Below, in pieces: positions 9,287 to 19,196 of a DNA stretch of 64,000 nucleotides. The notes under the pieces were generated by a model. It searched no databases and was not told where the DNA came from. It saw only the letters and a program-made list of their open reading frames with translations. A program made the translations under genes and the position numbers. The DNA is from Elusimicrobiota bacterium. Its GTDB lineage: Bacteria > Elusimicrobiota > Elusimicrobia > UBA1565. The stretch is taken from positions 32,001 to 96,000 of the forward strand of contig JBDRPD010000039.1 of the NCBI GenBank assembly GCA_043827405.1. Direction: 5' to 3'. The first letter of the stretch is position 1, and each line of letters opens with the position of its first letter.

Positions 9287-10643
9287 CGCCGATGGCCGGC
9301 GGATGCTCCAGCAGCGCCGCCACGCGGCTGCGCCACATGAAGAACAGCGTTACCGCCACCACCCCGAGGCCGGTGAGCAGCCCGATCCAGAGCCCCGGCG
9401 GGCCCATCTCGGCGTGGAAGGCCAGCCAGTAGCCCAGCGGCAGGCCGAGGAGCAGGTGGCTGCAGACGGTGGCGTAGAGCGGCAGCCGCGTCTCGCCCAG
9501 GCCGCGCAGCGAGCCGGTCATGATCACCTGCGTCCCGTCGAAGATCTGGAAGACCGCCGCGATGCGCAGCAGCGGCGCGCCGACGGCGATGACCTCCGGG
9601 TCGGCGGTGAACAGGCGGATCAGCTGCTCCGGGATCAGCATATAGATCACGCCGGCGCCGGCCATGAAGGTGACGCCCAGCATGAGCGCGGTGTCTCCGG
9701 CCTGGACCGCGGCATGCGGGTCCTGGCGGCCCAGCCCTTGCCCCACCTGGACGGCGGCGGCGAGCGAGATGCCCAGCGGGATCATGAAGGTCAGGGCGGC
9801 GAAGTTCATGGTAATCTGATGGCCGGCGGTCGGCACCGGGCCGAAGCGCGCCATCAGCATGGTGACCATGGCGAAAAAGCTGACTTCGGCCATGAGGTGC
9901 AGACCGGCCGGCAGGCCGAGCTGGATGAGCTCGAGGAAGGTCCCGAGACTCCAGCTGCGAAACATATAGTCCGCGCGCAGCGCTTGGCGCAGCACCGCGG
10001 CCAGTCCGACGAGGAGCATGACGCATGCTGAGATGACGCTGGCGATCGCGCAGCCGCGCACGCCCATGGCGGGAAATCCCAGATGCCCGAAGACCAGGCA
10101 GTAATTGATGAAGACGTTGACCGTATTGCCGACGGCGATGGCGAACAGCAGCGGGCGGGTGATATTCATCGACTGCAGATAATGCCGGCAGCAGACGAAC
10201 AGCAGCGCCGGCAGGGCCAGCCAGCGGAAAATGGCGAGGTACTCCAGCGCGACGTCGGCGACGGTTTTATCGATGCCGACGAGCCAGTACAGGGGCTCCA
10301 CCGCGCCGAGCGCGGCGATGATGGGCGCTGAGATCAGCGCCGCCAGGACCATGGCATGGATGATGATCTCCGCGCACAGCCCGGTCTTGCCGGCGCCGAA
10401 AGCGCGCGACGCCAGAGTGTCGATCCCGAGCAGGAAGCCCAGGCCGAACAGGAAGACCATATGGAACGTCGCGCTCGCCACCCCGGCGCCGGCCAGGGCC
10501 GCGGCGCTCACGCGGCCGAGAAACAGCGTATCGACCAGGCCGTAGAGCATCATGCCGGCCTGGATGACCGCGATGGGTGCCGCCAACGACAGGACGGATT
10601 TGGTGACCGCCCGCGTCGGCAGCCTGAAGGTGCCGAGAATCAC
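9273..10643 (-). CDS. MATE family efflux transporter
   Basis: VDTLFLGRV, FGHLGFPAMGVRGCAIA, FQIFDGTQV..GSLRGLG; 12 TM; GTG start 8 nt after TAGAAT. Confidence 0.92.
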   Translation of the reverse strand: MILGTFRLPTRAVTKSVLSLAAPIAVIQAGMMLYGLVDTLFLGRVSAAALAGAGVASATFHMVFLFGLGFLLGIDTLASRAFGAGKTGLCAEIIIHAMVLAALISAPIIAALGAVEPLYWLVGIDKTVADVALEYLAIFRWLALPALLFVCCRHYLQSMNITRPLLFAIAVGNTVNVFINYCLVFGHLGFPAMGVRGCAIASVISACVMLLVGLAAVLRQALRADYMFRSWSLGTFLELIQLGLPAGLHLMAEVSFFAMVTMLMARFGPVPTAGHQITMNFAALTFMIPLGISLAAAVQVGQGLGRQDPHAAVQAGDTALMLGVTFMAGAGVIYMLIPEQLIRLFTADPEVIAVGAPLLRIAAVFQIFDGTQVIMTGSLRGLGETRLPLYATVCSHLLLGLPLGYWLAFHAEMGPPGLWIGLLTGLGVVAVTLFFMWRSRVAALLEHPPAIGVSRG

Positions 10644-10682
10644 GAGCAGTCATTCTAGCACATGCGCCGGGACGGGCCGCGG

Positions 10683-10898
10683 CTAGGGGTGGATGCCGTT
10701 GCGCTCCTTGTACCGGCGGATGCCTTCGCGGATACGGCTCTTGAGGGCATGCGGGGCGAGGCGTCCGCAGTCGCCGAGTCCCTCTACCGGCGCGCATAGG
10801 GAATAGCACCAAGGCGACAGGTTTTTGGTCAGCGGGCAGCCGAGATAGGTGTATTTCGGCAGGGGTTTCTTGCGGCGTTTCTTCACTATATTTGTCAT
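10683..10898 (-). CDS. Small basic Cys-containing hypothetical protein (71 aa)
   Basis: AGGAG SD before MTNIVKKRRKK; GCP..WC..LC..CGR..PH pattern. Confidence 0.65.
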   Translation of the reverse strand: MTNIVKKRRKKPLPKYTYLGCPLTKNLSPWCYSLCAPVEGLGDCGRLAPHALKSRIREGIRRYKERNGIHP

Positions 10899-10972
10899 GG
10901 CTCCTCTCCTGGGATTAGGATAGCCAAGCGAAATCAACGGATTCTCAACGGCGGATAAAATCCGGCTAAACT

Positions 10973-12145
10973 TCAGCGGTACTGCAGAGCTGTTTGGACG
11001 ATGAGCTCGGCCCCGACAGGAAGCACCCTCTCGTCGACCTTGAAGCCGCCGGAGTGATGCGGCACATCGGTCTTTTGGCGTGCATCGCGGATGCCGAGCC
11101 GCGCGTAGCAGCCGGGGACTTCGCGCAGCACAAAGGCCATGTCTTCGGCGCCGAGCGAGGAGGGGTCTTCGATCACCTGGCGGCGGCCGACGACGCCGAG
11201 TGCGGCGTCGGCGACCAGCGCGGAGAACACCGGATCGTTGATGACGGCGGGATAGAACTCGCTGAATTCGATCGTATGCCGGGTGCCGTGCAGGCGGTCG
11301 ATGCCGGCGAGAACGCGGGCGATCTCCCGGCGCAGCTGTCCCAGCGTCGTGTCGTCCAAGGCGCGGATCGTGCCCCGCAGGTCGGCGCGTCCGGGGATGA
11401 TATTGCTGCGGCTGCCGGCGTGCAGGGACCCGACCGTGACGACGGCGGGCTTGAGCGGGTTAACGCGGCGCGACACCACGCTCTGCACCGAGGTCACGAA
11501 CTCGGCGGCGGCCAGTATGGAGTCCGCGCACAGGTGCGGCGCGGCGCCATGGCCGCCGGGCCCCGTGATGGTCAAATCGAAGCGCTGCGCGGCGGCGAAA
11601 GACGCGTCCCGGCGGCGGATGCCGATCACGCCCGACGGCAGATCGGACCAGACGTGCAGTGCCAGAGCGGCGTCGACTTTCGGGTTCTTGAGTATGCCCG
11701 CCCGGATCATCGGCTGGGCGCCGCCCGGTCCCTCCTCCGCCGGCTGGAACATGAACTTCACATTGCAGGCGAGGCGGTCCTTAAGCCGGGTGAGCGCCTT
11801 GGCCGCGCCGAGCGCCATCGCCATATGCGCGTCGTGGCCGCAGGCATGCATGAAGCCCCGGTGCTGGGAGCGGAAGGCGACGCGCGCGGTCTCCTGGACC
11901 GGGAGGGCGTCCATGTCGGCGCGCACCAGCAGGGTTTTCTTGGCGCCTTTGACCTTGAGCAGCGCCGCTATGCCCGGAGCGGCGACCGTACGGCAGGGGA
12001 TGCCGATGCGCTTTAGCTCCTGGCGTATGAACGCGGCGGTTTTGAACTCCTTAAAGCCCGGTTCGGGGTGGCGGTGGAAAAATCTTCGGCAGCGGATGAT
12101 GTCGGGGATAAGGGCCCGGACTACGGATGAAATCTTCGGCTGCAT
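10973..12145 (-). CDS. M20D family amidohydrolase
   Basis: HRHPE, RADMDALP, MHACGHDAH, FQPAEEG, GGHGAAPH, AEDMAF; AGGAG SD before MQPKIS. Confidence 0.93.
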   Translation of the reverse strand: MQPKISSVVRALIPDIIRCRRFFHRHPEPGFKEFKTAAFIRQELKRIGIPCRTVAAPGIAALLKVKGAKKTLLVRADMDALPVQETARVAFRSQHRGFMHACGHDAHMAMALGAAKALTRLKDRLACNVKFMFQPAEEGPGGAQPMIRAGILKNPKVDAALALHVWSDLPSGVIGIRRRDASFAAAQRFDLTITGPGGHGAAPHLCADSILAAAEFVTSVQSVVSRRVNPLKPAVVTVGSLHAGSRSNIIPGRADLRGTIRALDDTTLGQLRREIARVLAGIDRLHGTRHTIEFSEFYPAVINDPVFSALVADAALGVVGRRQVIEDPSSLGAEDMAFVLREVPGCYARLGIRDARQKTDVPHHSGGFKVDERVLPVGAELIVQTALQYR

Positions 12146-12230
12146 GGCGTTTCTCCTGCAGCGAGGATAGCACATTGCTCCCGATCATAATATAATGGGG
12201 CAACTGCAGCATCTTTGGAGAGGAGGAAGC

Positions 12231-12686
12231 ATGGACAAGTGGAACAGCGTTGATGAGGTCCTGGATTTTGCGATCAAGGGCGAAGAAGAGGCGATGGAGC
12301 TTTATACAGCTCTCGCCGGCAAGGTGGAAAAGCCTTGGATGAAGCAGATTTTTGCGAGCTTCGCGAAGGAAGAGGAAGGGCATAAGGCGAAGCTGCTGCG
12401 GGTTAAGGATGGACAGGCGCTAAAGCCTGTTGAGAAGAAGGTGCTCGACTTGAAGATCGGCGATTACCTCGTCGAAATCAAGCCCGCCCCCGACATTACC
12501 TATCAGGATGCTCTTATCCTGGCGATGAAGCGGGAGAAGGCGGCCTACATGCTCTACACCAATCTGGGCAACGCCGTCGAGGACCAGGGATTGAAGGATA
12601 CCTTCAAGGCGCTGGCGGTGGAAGAGGCCAACCATAAGCTGCGCTTCGAGACGGAGTACGACGAGAAGATCCAGGTTTGGAACTGA
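12231..12686 (+). CDS. Rubrerythrin/ferritin-like protein
   Basis: DFAIKGEEEA..Y, EEEGH, AMKREK, EEANHK di-iron motifs; GGAGG SD, TATAAT at 12191. Confidence 0.9.
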   Translation: MDKWNSVDEVLDFAIKGEEEAMELYTALAGKVEKPWMKQIFASFAKEEEGHKAKLLRVKDGQALKPVEKKVLDLKIGDYLVEIKPAPDITYQDALILAMKREKAAYMLYTNLGNAVEDQGLKDTFKALAVEEANHKLRFETEYDEKIQVWN

Positions 12687-12714
12687 GCGGCTGAGCGGAT
12701 AAAACGTTCTGTCG

Positions 12715-12752
12715 GGCGGCGTCCCGTCGGGCGGGGGCGCCGCCGCTATTTT
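12715..12752. terminator. Probable intrinsic terminator between convergent genes
   Basis: GC-rich imperfect hairpin GGCGGCGTCCC...GGGGCGCCGCC followed by a short T run. Confidence 0.45.
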
Positions 12753-14443
12753 CGGCGGGCGAGAAAGCGGGCCGTCTCATGCAGCGCGATGACGGCGGCC
12801 AGCAGCGTTAGGTAGATGGCGTGAAACATCACGCCCGTGAGCCGGCGCTGCATCGAGGGCCGCCGCGCCCGGTCTTCCTCGGATGAGCGCTGCAGGGACG
12901 CGGCGACTTCCGGGTAGGGCGAGAAAATCATGTAGGGCTCGCGGTGCATGCTGTTGATGATGCCGATGGATATCGGCAGCGCGTACTGAAACAGGCCGAT
13001 GGGGTGCTGCGCCATGCCGGCCGCCTTCCAGCGCGCGTTGAGGCGCCGGGTGAAGTCTCCCAGGTGGAGCACGCTGCCGTTTTCGGAAATCGCCTGCAGG
13101 TCGAGGTCGCTGTCGGGTCCGGCGGCGCCGTTGACGAAGCTGCCCATGAGCAAGGCGCCGACGATGCGTTGGCCGCGCGGCAGCTCGCGGTTCATCTCCA
13201 GAATGGTGTCGCGTACGGCGGCGTCGAAGATGCCGAGGACCCGCTCCTGGTCATGCTTCTGGTAGTCCAGCAGCCGCTGGCGGGCGTCGTCGCCGGCCAG
13301 GCTGTCGAAGTAGGCGGGAAGCTCCTCGACGCTTAACGATGAGGCATGGAGCAGTCCCTTTTCCAGCAGCTTGCGAAACTGCGTGGCGCGGCGGTTGGGG
13401 TTGTAGGCCTGCGCCCGGGCGACCAGCCGCGCGAAGGCTTCGGTGCTCTCCCGGTCCTCCTGGAAATTGTTGTTGAAAAGCGCCCAGGCGTCGCCGACCA
13501 CGATACGGTTGGAGGTTACGCGCAGGCCGAAGGGGCCGAAGCGGCCGGTCGAACCCATGGTCAAATGCTGCAGGAAGAAGCGCAGGCGGAGATGGGGCTT
13601 GACCGCGAAATTCTTGCCCGGGTTCGCGTCGAACGGCTTCTTGTACTTGCGCCAGACGCTCACCGTGCGCGAAGTCACCCGCCAGTGAAAGGAGTTCAGG
13701 TATAGTCCCAGGTAGCCGAGCTTGTCCTTGATCCAGCGCCGCCCGGTGCGCTGCGGTATGTCGACTTCGCCGCGGTGCCGGGGATCGGGCTGCGGCTTCC
13801 AGTCGAAGCGCTCGACCTCCGGCTTGTCATCGGATTTCCTGCCGCCGATCAGCTCCTTGCCGAAGGAAAGCGCCGAGGACTTCCAGCCTTCCGGGGTGCC
13901 GAACCATTTATGGCCGCTGCGCCCGGCATGGACCGGGGAGGACGGCCGTTCGGCCCGCGCATTATCCCAGAGGTGCGCGGTCGTCTTGGTCAGCGACAGC
14001 TTGCGGAGAAAGCGCAGCGCGCCGGTTTTTTTCGCCGGCTCTTCCTGGGCCTCCCGGGCCTGCAGCTGCGAGCCGGGGAGCGCGGTCTTGACCGCAACGG
14101 CCTTGCCGCCGGTCTGGAGTTCCTGCTTTTGCCCCGTAATGTTCACGGTTTGAGGAGAGGTCTTCGCCTTATGAGAGATTTGTTCCGTCTGGGTGTTGAA
14201 GACGGGAAGGCTCGGCAGGACCGAGCCGAGAGACTGGGAATTTACGGTGCGGACCGAATTCGTCTTTAGCGCCGCTCCGCCACCTATGCCGCCGACAGCC
14301 GCGGCGCCGCCGACGGAAGCGGATACCTTTACCGGAGCGATGCGGACGGCGGCGTGAGCGGCCGGGGTTAATACGGGAATACAGGCAAGCAGGAAGGAGA
14401 GGGTGGAGCACGAGGTCCGTCTTAACAGACCACCTAGCTTCAT
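12746..14443 (-). CDS. Signal peptide and leader fused to an unknown central domain and a C-terminal Pol-beta-type nucleotidyltransferase domain
   Basis: LLMGSFVNGAAGPDSDLDLQA fits the hGS-x(n)-DhD NTase motif; C-terminal hydrophobic helix. Confidence 0.75.
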   Translation of the reverse strand: MKLGGLLRRTSCSTLSFLLACIPVLTPAAHAAVRIAPVKVSASVGGAAAVGGIGGGAALKTNSVRTVNSQSLGSVLPSLPVFNTQTEQISHKAKTSPQTVNITGQKQELQTGGKAVAVKTALPGSQLQAREAQEEPAKKTGALRFLRKLSLTKTTAHLWDNARAERPSSPVHAGRSGHKWFGTPEGWKSSALSFGKELIGGRKSDDKPEVERFDWKPQPDPRHRGEVDIPQRTGRRWIKDKLGYLGLYLNSFHWRVTSRTVSVWRKYKKPFDANPGKNFAVKPHLRLRFFLQHLTMGSTGRFGPFGLRVTSNRIVVGDAWALFNNNFQEDRESTEAFARLVARAQAYNPNRRATQFRKLLEKGLLHASSLSVEELPAYFDSLAGDDARQRLLDYQKHDQERVLGIFDAAVRDTILEMNRELPRGQRIVGALLMGSFVNGAAGPDSDLDLQAISENGSVLHLGDFTRRLNARWKAAGMAQHPIGLFQYALPISIGIINSMHREPYMIFSPYPEVAASLQRSSEEDRARRPSMQRRLTGVMFHAIYLTLLAAVIALHETARFLARRK

Positions 14444-14449
14444 ATCCTG

Positions 14450-14516
14450 AGTATATGAGAAAAATCAAAAAATCTGTTGGGTCGTACGTCCTATTTATGC
14501 GCCGTCATTCGGCCCA
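14450..14516 (-). promoter_or_regulatory. Tandem GGNC-N4-GNCC boxes plus -10 (shared promoter, copy 2)
   Basis: Minus strand GGCC-GAAT-GACG from 14514, GGAC-GTAC-GACC from 14491, TATACT from 14455, ATG at 14443. Confidence 0.7.
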
Positions 14517-14581
14517 TCCGAAACCCTGTTAAATTGCGCCGTAATATCCAATAATGGATAGGCGGCAATGGAGGAGGATAA

Positions 14582-15841
14582 GTGGCGGACGACAAGATCG
14601 ACCGAATAGAAGCGGAGCTGAGCGCCATGAAGGTGCTGGCCGAGCTGACCGCGCGCATTAACGCCGGCCACACCCTCGATGAGGTCCTGGATCACGTCTA
14701 CGATTCCTTCCGGCGCCTCATCCCGTACGACCGGATCGGCGTCGCGCTGCTGATCGACGACGGCACCGTGCTGCGCGCCCGCTGGGCGCGCGCGGAAACG
14801 CAGGCCATCCGGCTCAAGCAGGGCTTTTCCGCGCCGATGCTGGGCAGCAGCCTGCAGCATATCATCGACACGGGCATGCCGCGCATCCTCAACGATTTGG
14901 AGGCCTACCTGCGGGAGCACCCCGAGTCGTCATCCACCCGGCTGATCGTTGCGGAGGGCATCCGCTCCAGCCTGACCTGCCCGTTGGTCGTCGCCGGCGC
15001 GCCTATCGGCTTCATCTTCTTCAGCAGCACGGAGCGTGATACGTACCGGAACGCCCATGTGGTGTTCTTTCAGCAGCTGGCGGGCCAGCTCGCGATGGCG
15101 GTCGAGCGGGGGCAGCTCTTTCAGGAGCTCGTCGAGCTCGGCCGGCTCAAGGACAAATTCCTCGGCATCGCGGCGCATGACCTGCGTCATCCCCTGACCG
15201 TGATTATGGGCTATGCCGAAATGATCCAGCAGGACGTTCTGGGCGATGACCGGGCCGCCCGCGACGACGCGCTGGGAAAGATCACCGACGCCGCCAAGAT
15301 GATGAACCGCGTCCTCGAAGAGCTGCTCGATGTCAGCACCATCCAGTCGGGACATCTTTCCCTCGATCCGCGGCCTATCGACAGCGGCGAGTTCCTGCGC
15401 CGGACCGTCGCCAAGTACGCCATGCTGGGGAAAAAGAAGTCGATCGCCGTCTCCTGCGCCGCGGCCGACGACCTGCCGGGTATCTGCGCCGACCCGGAGC
15501 GCATCGACCAGGTGCTCAGCAACCTGATATCGAACGCGGTGAAGTTCTCTCATCCCAATACCCAGGTGAAGGTGACCGGTGAGCGCAAGAGCGGCGAAGT
15601 CCGGATATCGGTGCGGGACCAAGGCCAGGGAATTCCCGCGGACGCGCTGCCGCAGCTTTTCGAGGAGTTCGGCGCCGTCGGGGTCAAGCCCACCGCCGGG
15701 GAAAAGAGCACCGGTTTGGGGCTGGCCATTGTCAAAAAGATCGTCCGCGCGCACGGCGGGCGCATCTGGGCGGAAAGCACGCCGGGCAAAGGCTCGGCCT
15801 TTACCTTTGTTCTCCCGCTCGACGCGTCGCTTAGCTCTTGA
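14582..15841 (+). CDS. GAF-domain sensor histidine kinase (soluble, orphan)
   Basis: GAF region; AAHDLRHPLT H-box, NLISNAVKF N-box, DQGQGI, GTG start with GGAGGAGG SD, TGLGLAIVK. Confidence 0.93.
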   Translation: MADDKIDRIEAELSAMKVLAELTARINAGHTLDEVLDHVYDSFRRLIPYDRIGVALLIDDGTVLRARWARAETQAIRLKQGFSAPMLGSSLQHIIDTGMPRILNDLEAYLREHPESSSTRLIVAEGIRSSLTCPLVVAGAPIGFIFFSSTERDTYRNAHVVFFQQLAGQLAMAVERGQLFQELVELGRLKDKFLGIAAHDLRHPLTVIMGYAEMIQQDVLGDDRAARDDALGKITDAAKMMNRVLEELLDVSTIQSGHLSLDPRPIDSGEFLRRTVAKYAMLGKKKSIAVSCAAADDLPGICADPERIDQVLSNLISNAVKFSHPNTQVKVTGERKSGEVRISVRDQGQGIPADALPQLFEEFGAVGVKPTAGEKSTGLGLAIVKKIVRAHGGRIWAESTPGKGSAFTFVLPLDASLSS

Positions 15842-17753
15842 GGTAGCGCTTGTAGCCGGAGCCGGCGGCGAAGAGGTCGAACCAAACCAGGAAGTTGAGT
15901 ATGCACCACAGCGGCCGGCCGTTGTCCTTGCGGTGCGCCAGATGGTCGTCCCACATGGAGCGCACCGCCCGATAATCGAGCAGGCCGCTGGCCTCGACCT
16001 TCTTTTTGCTGAAGCAGCTCTCCGCGAAGTCACGGAACTCGTTCATGAACCACAGCGAGTGCGGCATCTCCAGCCCCATATTGCTGCGCCGGTAAATCTC
16101 AGGGGGGAGGGAGTGGCGCATGGCGCGCTTTTGGATGTAGCGGCCCTGCAGCCCCTTGATTTTAAGCCGCGTCGGGAGCTTGGCCGCGAACTCCACCAGC
16201 TTGCGGTCCATGTAGGGATAGCGTCCCTCGATGGAGTGCGCCATCAGCATGCGGTCGTTTTTGACCATCAGGTCGCCGATGAAGTAGTACTTCAAGTCGA
16301 TCAGCGAAAGCTTGTTGAGGTCGTCGGCGCAGTCCAGGCGTTCGAACATGTCCGAAAACAGCGTCCGCGTGGGGCGCAGGCCGGCGCCGGCGGTCATAAT
16401 CCGCGCTTTCTCCTGATCGGACAGCGCATGGCGCCAATAGAAGTGCGCGTCGGGCACGCTGAGCTCGGCGCCCTCGGTGAAGCGCTTGGAGAGGAAGTCG
16501 AAGCTCAGCTTCTTGTAGGAGGTCGGCAGCATGCCGGCCAACGAGCGTGCGGCGGCGCGCATGGGTGAGGGCATCAGCCGGCGGTAGAGACGGCGCGCCT
16601 TGTAGGCGCGGTGGGTCTCGTAGGCGTTAAAGATCTCGTCGCCGCCCTCGCCGGAGAGCAGGATGGAGACATGCGGCTTGGCCGCCCGCGCCAGCAGGTA
16701 CATCGGCACCGCGGCGCCGTCCCCGCTGGGCTCGTCGAGAAAAGCCATGTGTTCGTGCAGGTGCTCCAGCACGTCGGCGGGGCGGACGCTGACCTCGTGG
16801 TGGATGGGGCGGGCGAAGTCGACGAGGGTTTTCTGATAGGCGCTCTCGTCGTAGCTCGGCTCGTCCATGCGGATGGAGAAGGTGTGCAGCTCGCGGCTGA
16901 CGCCGAGCTCCTTGAACAGGGTCAGCAGACAGCCGGTGTCCACACCGCCCGAGAGCGTCAGCCCGGCGGGCACGTCGGCCGCCAGGTTGCGCCGCGCCGC
17001 GTCCATCATGATGGAGTGCAGCTCCTTGGCCGCGGCGTCTTCGGTCATGCTGTCGTCGGGGGCGTAGCGCAGGGTGTAGTACTCGCGCTGGTATGACGTT
17101 CCCCGGTCGAGGTTGAGCTCGATAAGATGTCCGCCGTCCAGCTCGCGTACGGCGGCGAAGGGGGTGTGCGCGCCGGGATAGTAGGCGAGCGAGAAGAAGT
17201 GGTGCAGGCCTTCCTCGTCGAGCTTCTTGTCGAAGTTCGCCAGCTCGAGGAATGATTTGATCTCCGAGGCGAAGTAGAGCTTGCCGTCTCTTTCCATGTA
17301 GAACAGCGGGCGCTGGCCGTAGAAATCGCGGACCAGGTAGGCCCGGCGTTTGCCGCTGTCGAGCAGGCAGAAAGCGAACATGCCGGAGAGGTGGTTGACG
17401 AAGTCTATTCCCAGCTCCTCGTAGAGGTGCAGCAGGACCTCGGCGTCGGAGCCGGAGCGGAAGCGGTGTCCGCGGTCGAGGCCGAAGCGCTTCTTGAGCT
17501 CGCCGAAGTTGGTGACCGCGCCGTTGTAGGTGATCCAGATGTCGCCCTTTTCGTTGGCCAGCGGCAGCTTGGCCTCATCGCTGAGGTCGGTGATCTTGAG
17601 GCGCGTGCTGCCGAGGATGCAGCGGGGATCGCGGTAGAGGCCCCAGCCGTCGGGGCCGCGGTGCTCGAGCGCGCGCGTCATGCGTTCGGCTTCCGCCGTG
17701 TCCTCCGGCCCCAGCTCCTTGCCTTGATAGATGATCCCGGCGATGCCGCACAT
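15831..17753 (-). CDS. asnB: Asparagine synthase (glutamine-hydrolysing) family amidotransferase
   Basis: MCGIAG N-terminal Cys, HRGPD, LSGGVD, LSGEGGDE, MAHSIEGRYP. Confidence 0.92.
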   Translation of the reverse strand: MCGIAGIIYQGKELGPEDTAEAERMTRALEHRGPDGWGLYRDPRCILGSTRLKITDLSDEAKLPLANEKGDIWITYNGAVTNFGELKKRFGLDRGHRFRSGSDAEVLLHLYEELGIDFVNHLSGMFAFCLLDSGKRRAYLVRDFYGQRPLFYMERDGKLYFASEIKSFLELANFDKKLDEEGLHHFFSLAYYPGAHTPFAAVRELDGGHLIELNLDRGTSYQREYYTLRYAPDDSMTEDAAAKELHSIMMDAARRNLAADVPAGLTLSGGVDTGCLLTLFKELGVSRELHTFSIRMDEPSYDESAYQKTLVDFARPIHHEVSVRPADVLEHLHEHMAFLDEPSGDGAAVPMYLLARAAKPHVSILLSGEGGDEIFNAYETHRAYKARRLYRRLMPSPMRAAARSLAGMLPTSYKKLSFDFLSKRFTEGAELSVPDAHFYWRHALSDQEKARIMTAGAGLRPTRTLFSDMFERLDCADDLNKLSLIDLKYYFIGDLMVKNDRMLMAHSIEGRYPYMDRKLVEFAAKLPTRLKIKGLQGRYIQKRAMRHSLPPEIYRRSNMGLEMPHSLWFMNEFRDFAESCFSKKKVEASGLLDYRAVRSMWDDHLAHRKDNGRPLWCILNFLVWFDLFAAGSGYKRYLKS

Positions 17754-17771
17754 GGTACTAGGATGCCGGAT

Positions 17772-19196
17772 TTACCGCCGATAGTAAAGGCTTGTCAGGG
17801 CCTCCGCCGCGGCGAGGCCAAGCCGGTAGAGGGCGCGTTCGAAGTACAGGCCGAAGAACCGGGTGCGGATGCGCCAGCGGCTGAGGAGATGCAGAGGATA
17901 GGCCGCCAGGCAGACGGGGAAATGCGACAGATGCCGGCGGTAGCGGAAGGCCAGAAATGTCGAGAGGTAGAGCTTGGCCGCGAGCCCCGTGTTTTCCTGC
18001 CACGGGCTGGAGACGCCGAAATGGTCGTGGCGCACCCAGCCATCCATGTCCGCCGGCGGACAAAAGCCCAGACGCACCGCCGCGCCGTAGAGCGCGGTCC
18101 CGGGCAGCGGGACATAGGATTGGACCTGAATCTCGGCGCCGGGATGCCGGGCATGTATTTTCTCGGCGAAGTCGAGGCATTGTCGGGCCTTATCCTTTTC
18201 GCCTTCCAGGGGCAGGCCGTGGATGATGGAGTAGACCGTCGGCAGGGTCGAGCGGCTCATCAGGCCGATGCCCTCGTCGATCTCGCGCGCGGTAATGCCC
18301 TTGCGTATGGACGCCAGCGTCTCGTCGTCGTCGGATTCGATGCCGAAGTAGACCCACTTGCAGCCGGAATCCTCCAGCCGGGCGAGCAGCTCGCGGTCGA
18401 GCATATTGATGCGGAAGTTGCCGATCCAGGAGAAGCCGCCGCCTTTAAGGAGCTTGAGATAATCCGCGAATTTATCCGAGCGGCCGCCGAAAAGGGTGTC
18501 GTCGTAGATGTCGAGCTCATCGACGCCGAGCTCTTTTAGCGCCGCGAGCTCGGCGGCGACCTTGGCCGTCGATTTGACCCGGGCCGCGCCGTGGAAGTTC
18601 GGGCTGTAGCAGAACTCGCAGCGGAAAGGACAGCCGCGGGAGGCCTCATAGCCGACGGCTTCGCGGATCGAGCGGCGTTTTAGATGGCGCTTAAGCTCCA
18701 GCGCGGCCTTGCCTTGGTATACGAAGGGCAGGGAATCGATGTCGAGCGGCAGGCGCTCGGCGCCGCCTCCGAGGCCGGCGAGGCCGGCGCAGTCCTGGCC
18801 GGCGCTCAGGCGGCGGAACAGCTCAAGCAAGGTCGCCTCGCCTTCGCCGCGCACGGCGTAGTCGACGTAGTCCTCCTTAAGAACCGTATCGGTTAAGGTC
18901 GTCGGGCAGATGCCGCCCCAGACGATTCGCGTGCCGCCGGACAGCTCGCGCAGGCGCCTGGACAGCCGCCGCGCCGAGGCGATCTGGTAGCCGCCGATGA
19001 CGGAAAAGCCCGCGAGCAGGGGGCGCCGCGCCGCCAGCTCGTCAAAGCGGTCCTGGCCGTCCAGACGTTCGTCGAAGTACTCGACCTCCACGCCGTTTCG
19101 CTCCAAGTACGTGCCCAGGGCGAAAATTGAGACCGGGGTATGGGCGTCGTAGCTGTAGGGCGTGTTGCGCGAGTAGCAGAGAAGGACGAAGCTCAT
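17772..19196 (-). CDS. B12-binding radical SAM protein
   Basis: IVWGGI, VRGEGE, SRGCPFRCEFC, YFGIES; start MSFVLL in ATGA overlap with the GT2 stop. Confidence 0.9.
   Translation of the reverse strand: MSFVLLCYSRNTPYSYDAHTPVSIFALGTYLERNGVEVEYFDERLDGQDRFDELAARRPLLAGFSVIGGYQIASARRLSRRLRELSGGTRIVWGGICPTTLTDTVLKEDYVDYAVRGEGEATLLELFRRLSAGQDCAGLAGLGGGAERLPLDIDSLPFVYQGKAALELKRHLKRRSIREAVGYEASRGCPFRCEFCYSPNFHGAARVKSTAKVAAELAALKELGVDELDIYDDTLFGGRSDKFADYLKLLKGGGFSWIGNFRINMLDRELLARLEDSGCKWVYFGIESDDDETLASIRKGITAREIDEGIGLMSRSTLPTVYSIIHGLPLEGEKDKARQCLDFAEKIHARHPGAEIQVQSYVPLPGTALYGAAVRLGFCPPADMDGWVRHDHFGVSSPWQENTGLAAKLYLSTFLAFRYRRHLSHFPVCLAAYPLHLLSRWRIRTRFFGLYFERALYRLGLAAAEALTSLYYRR

Noticed and set aside
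14582..15841. Histidine kinase as the regulator of the GGNC-N4-GNCC regulon
   Set aside because: It is divergent from one member, but there is no response regulator or DNA-binding domain in the window; adjacency alone is not evidence.
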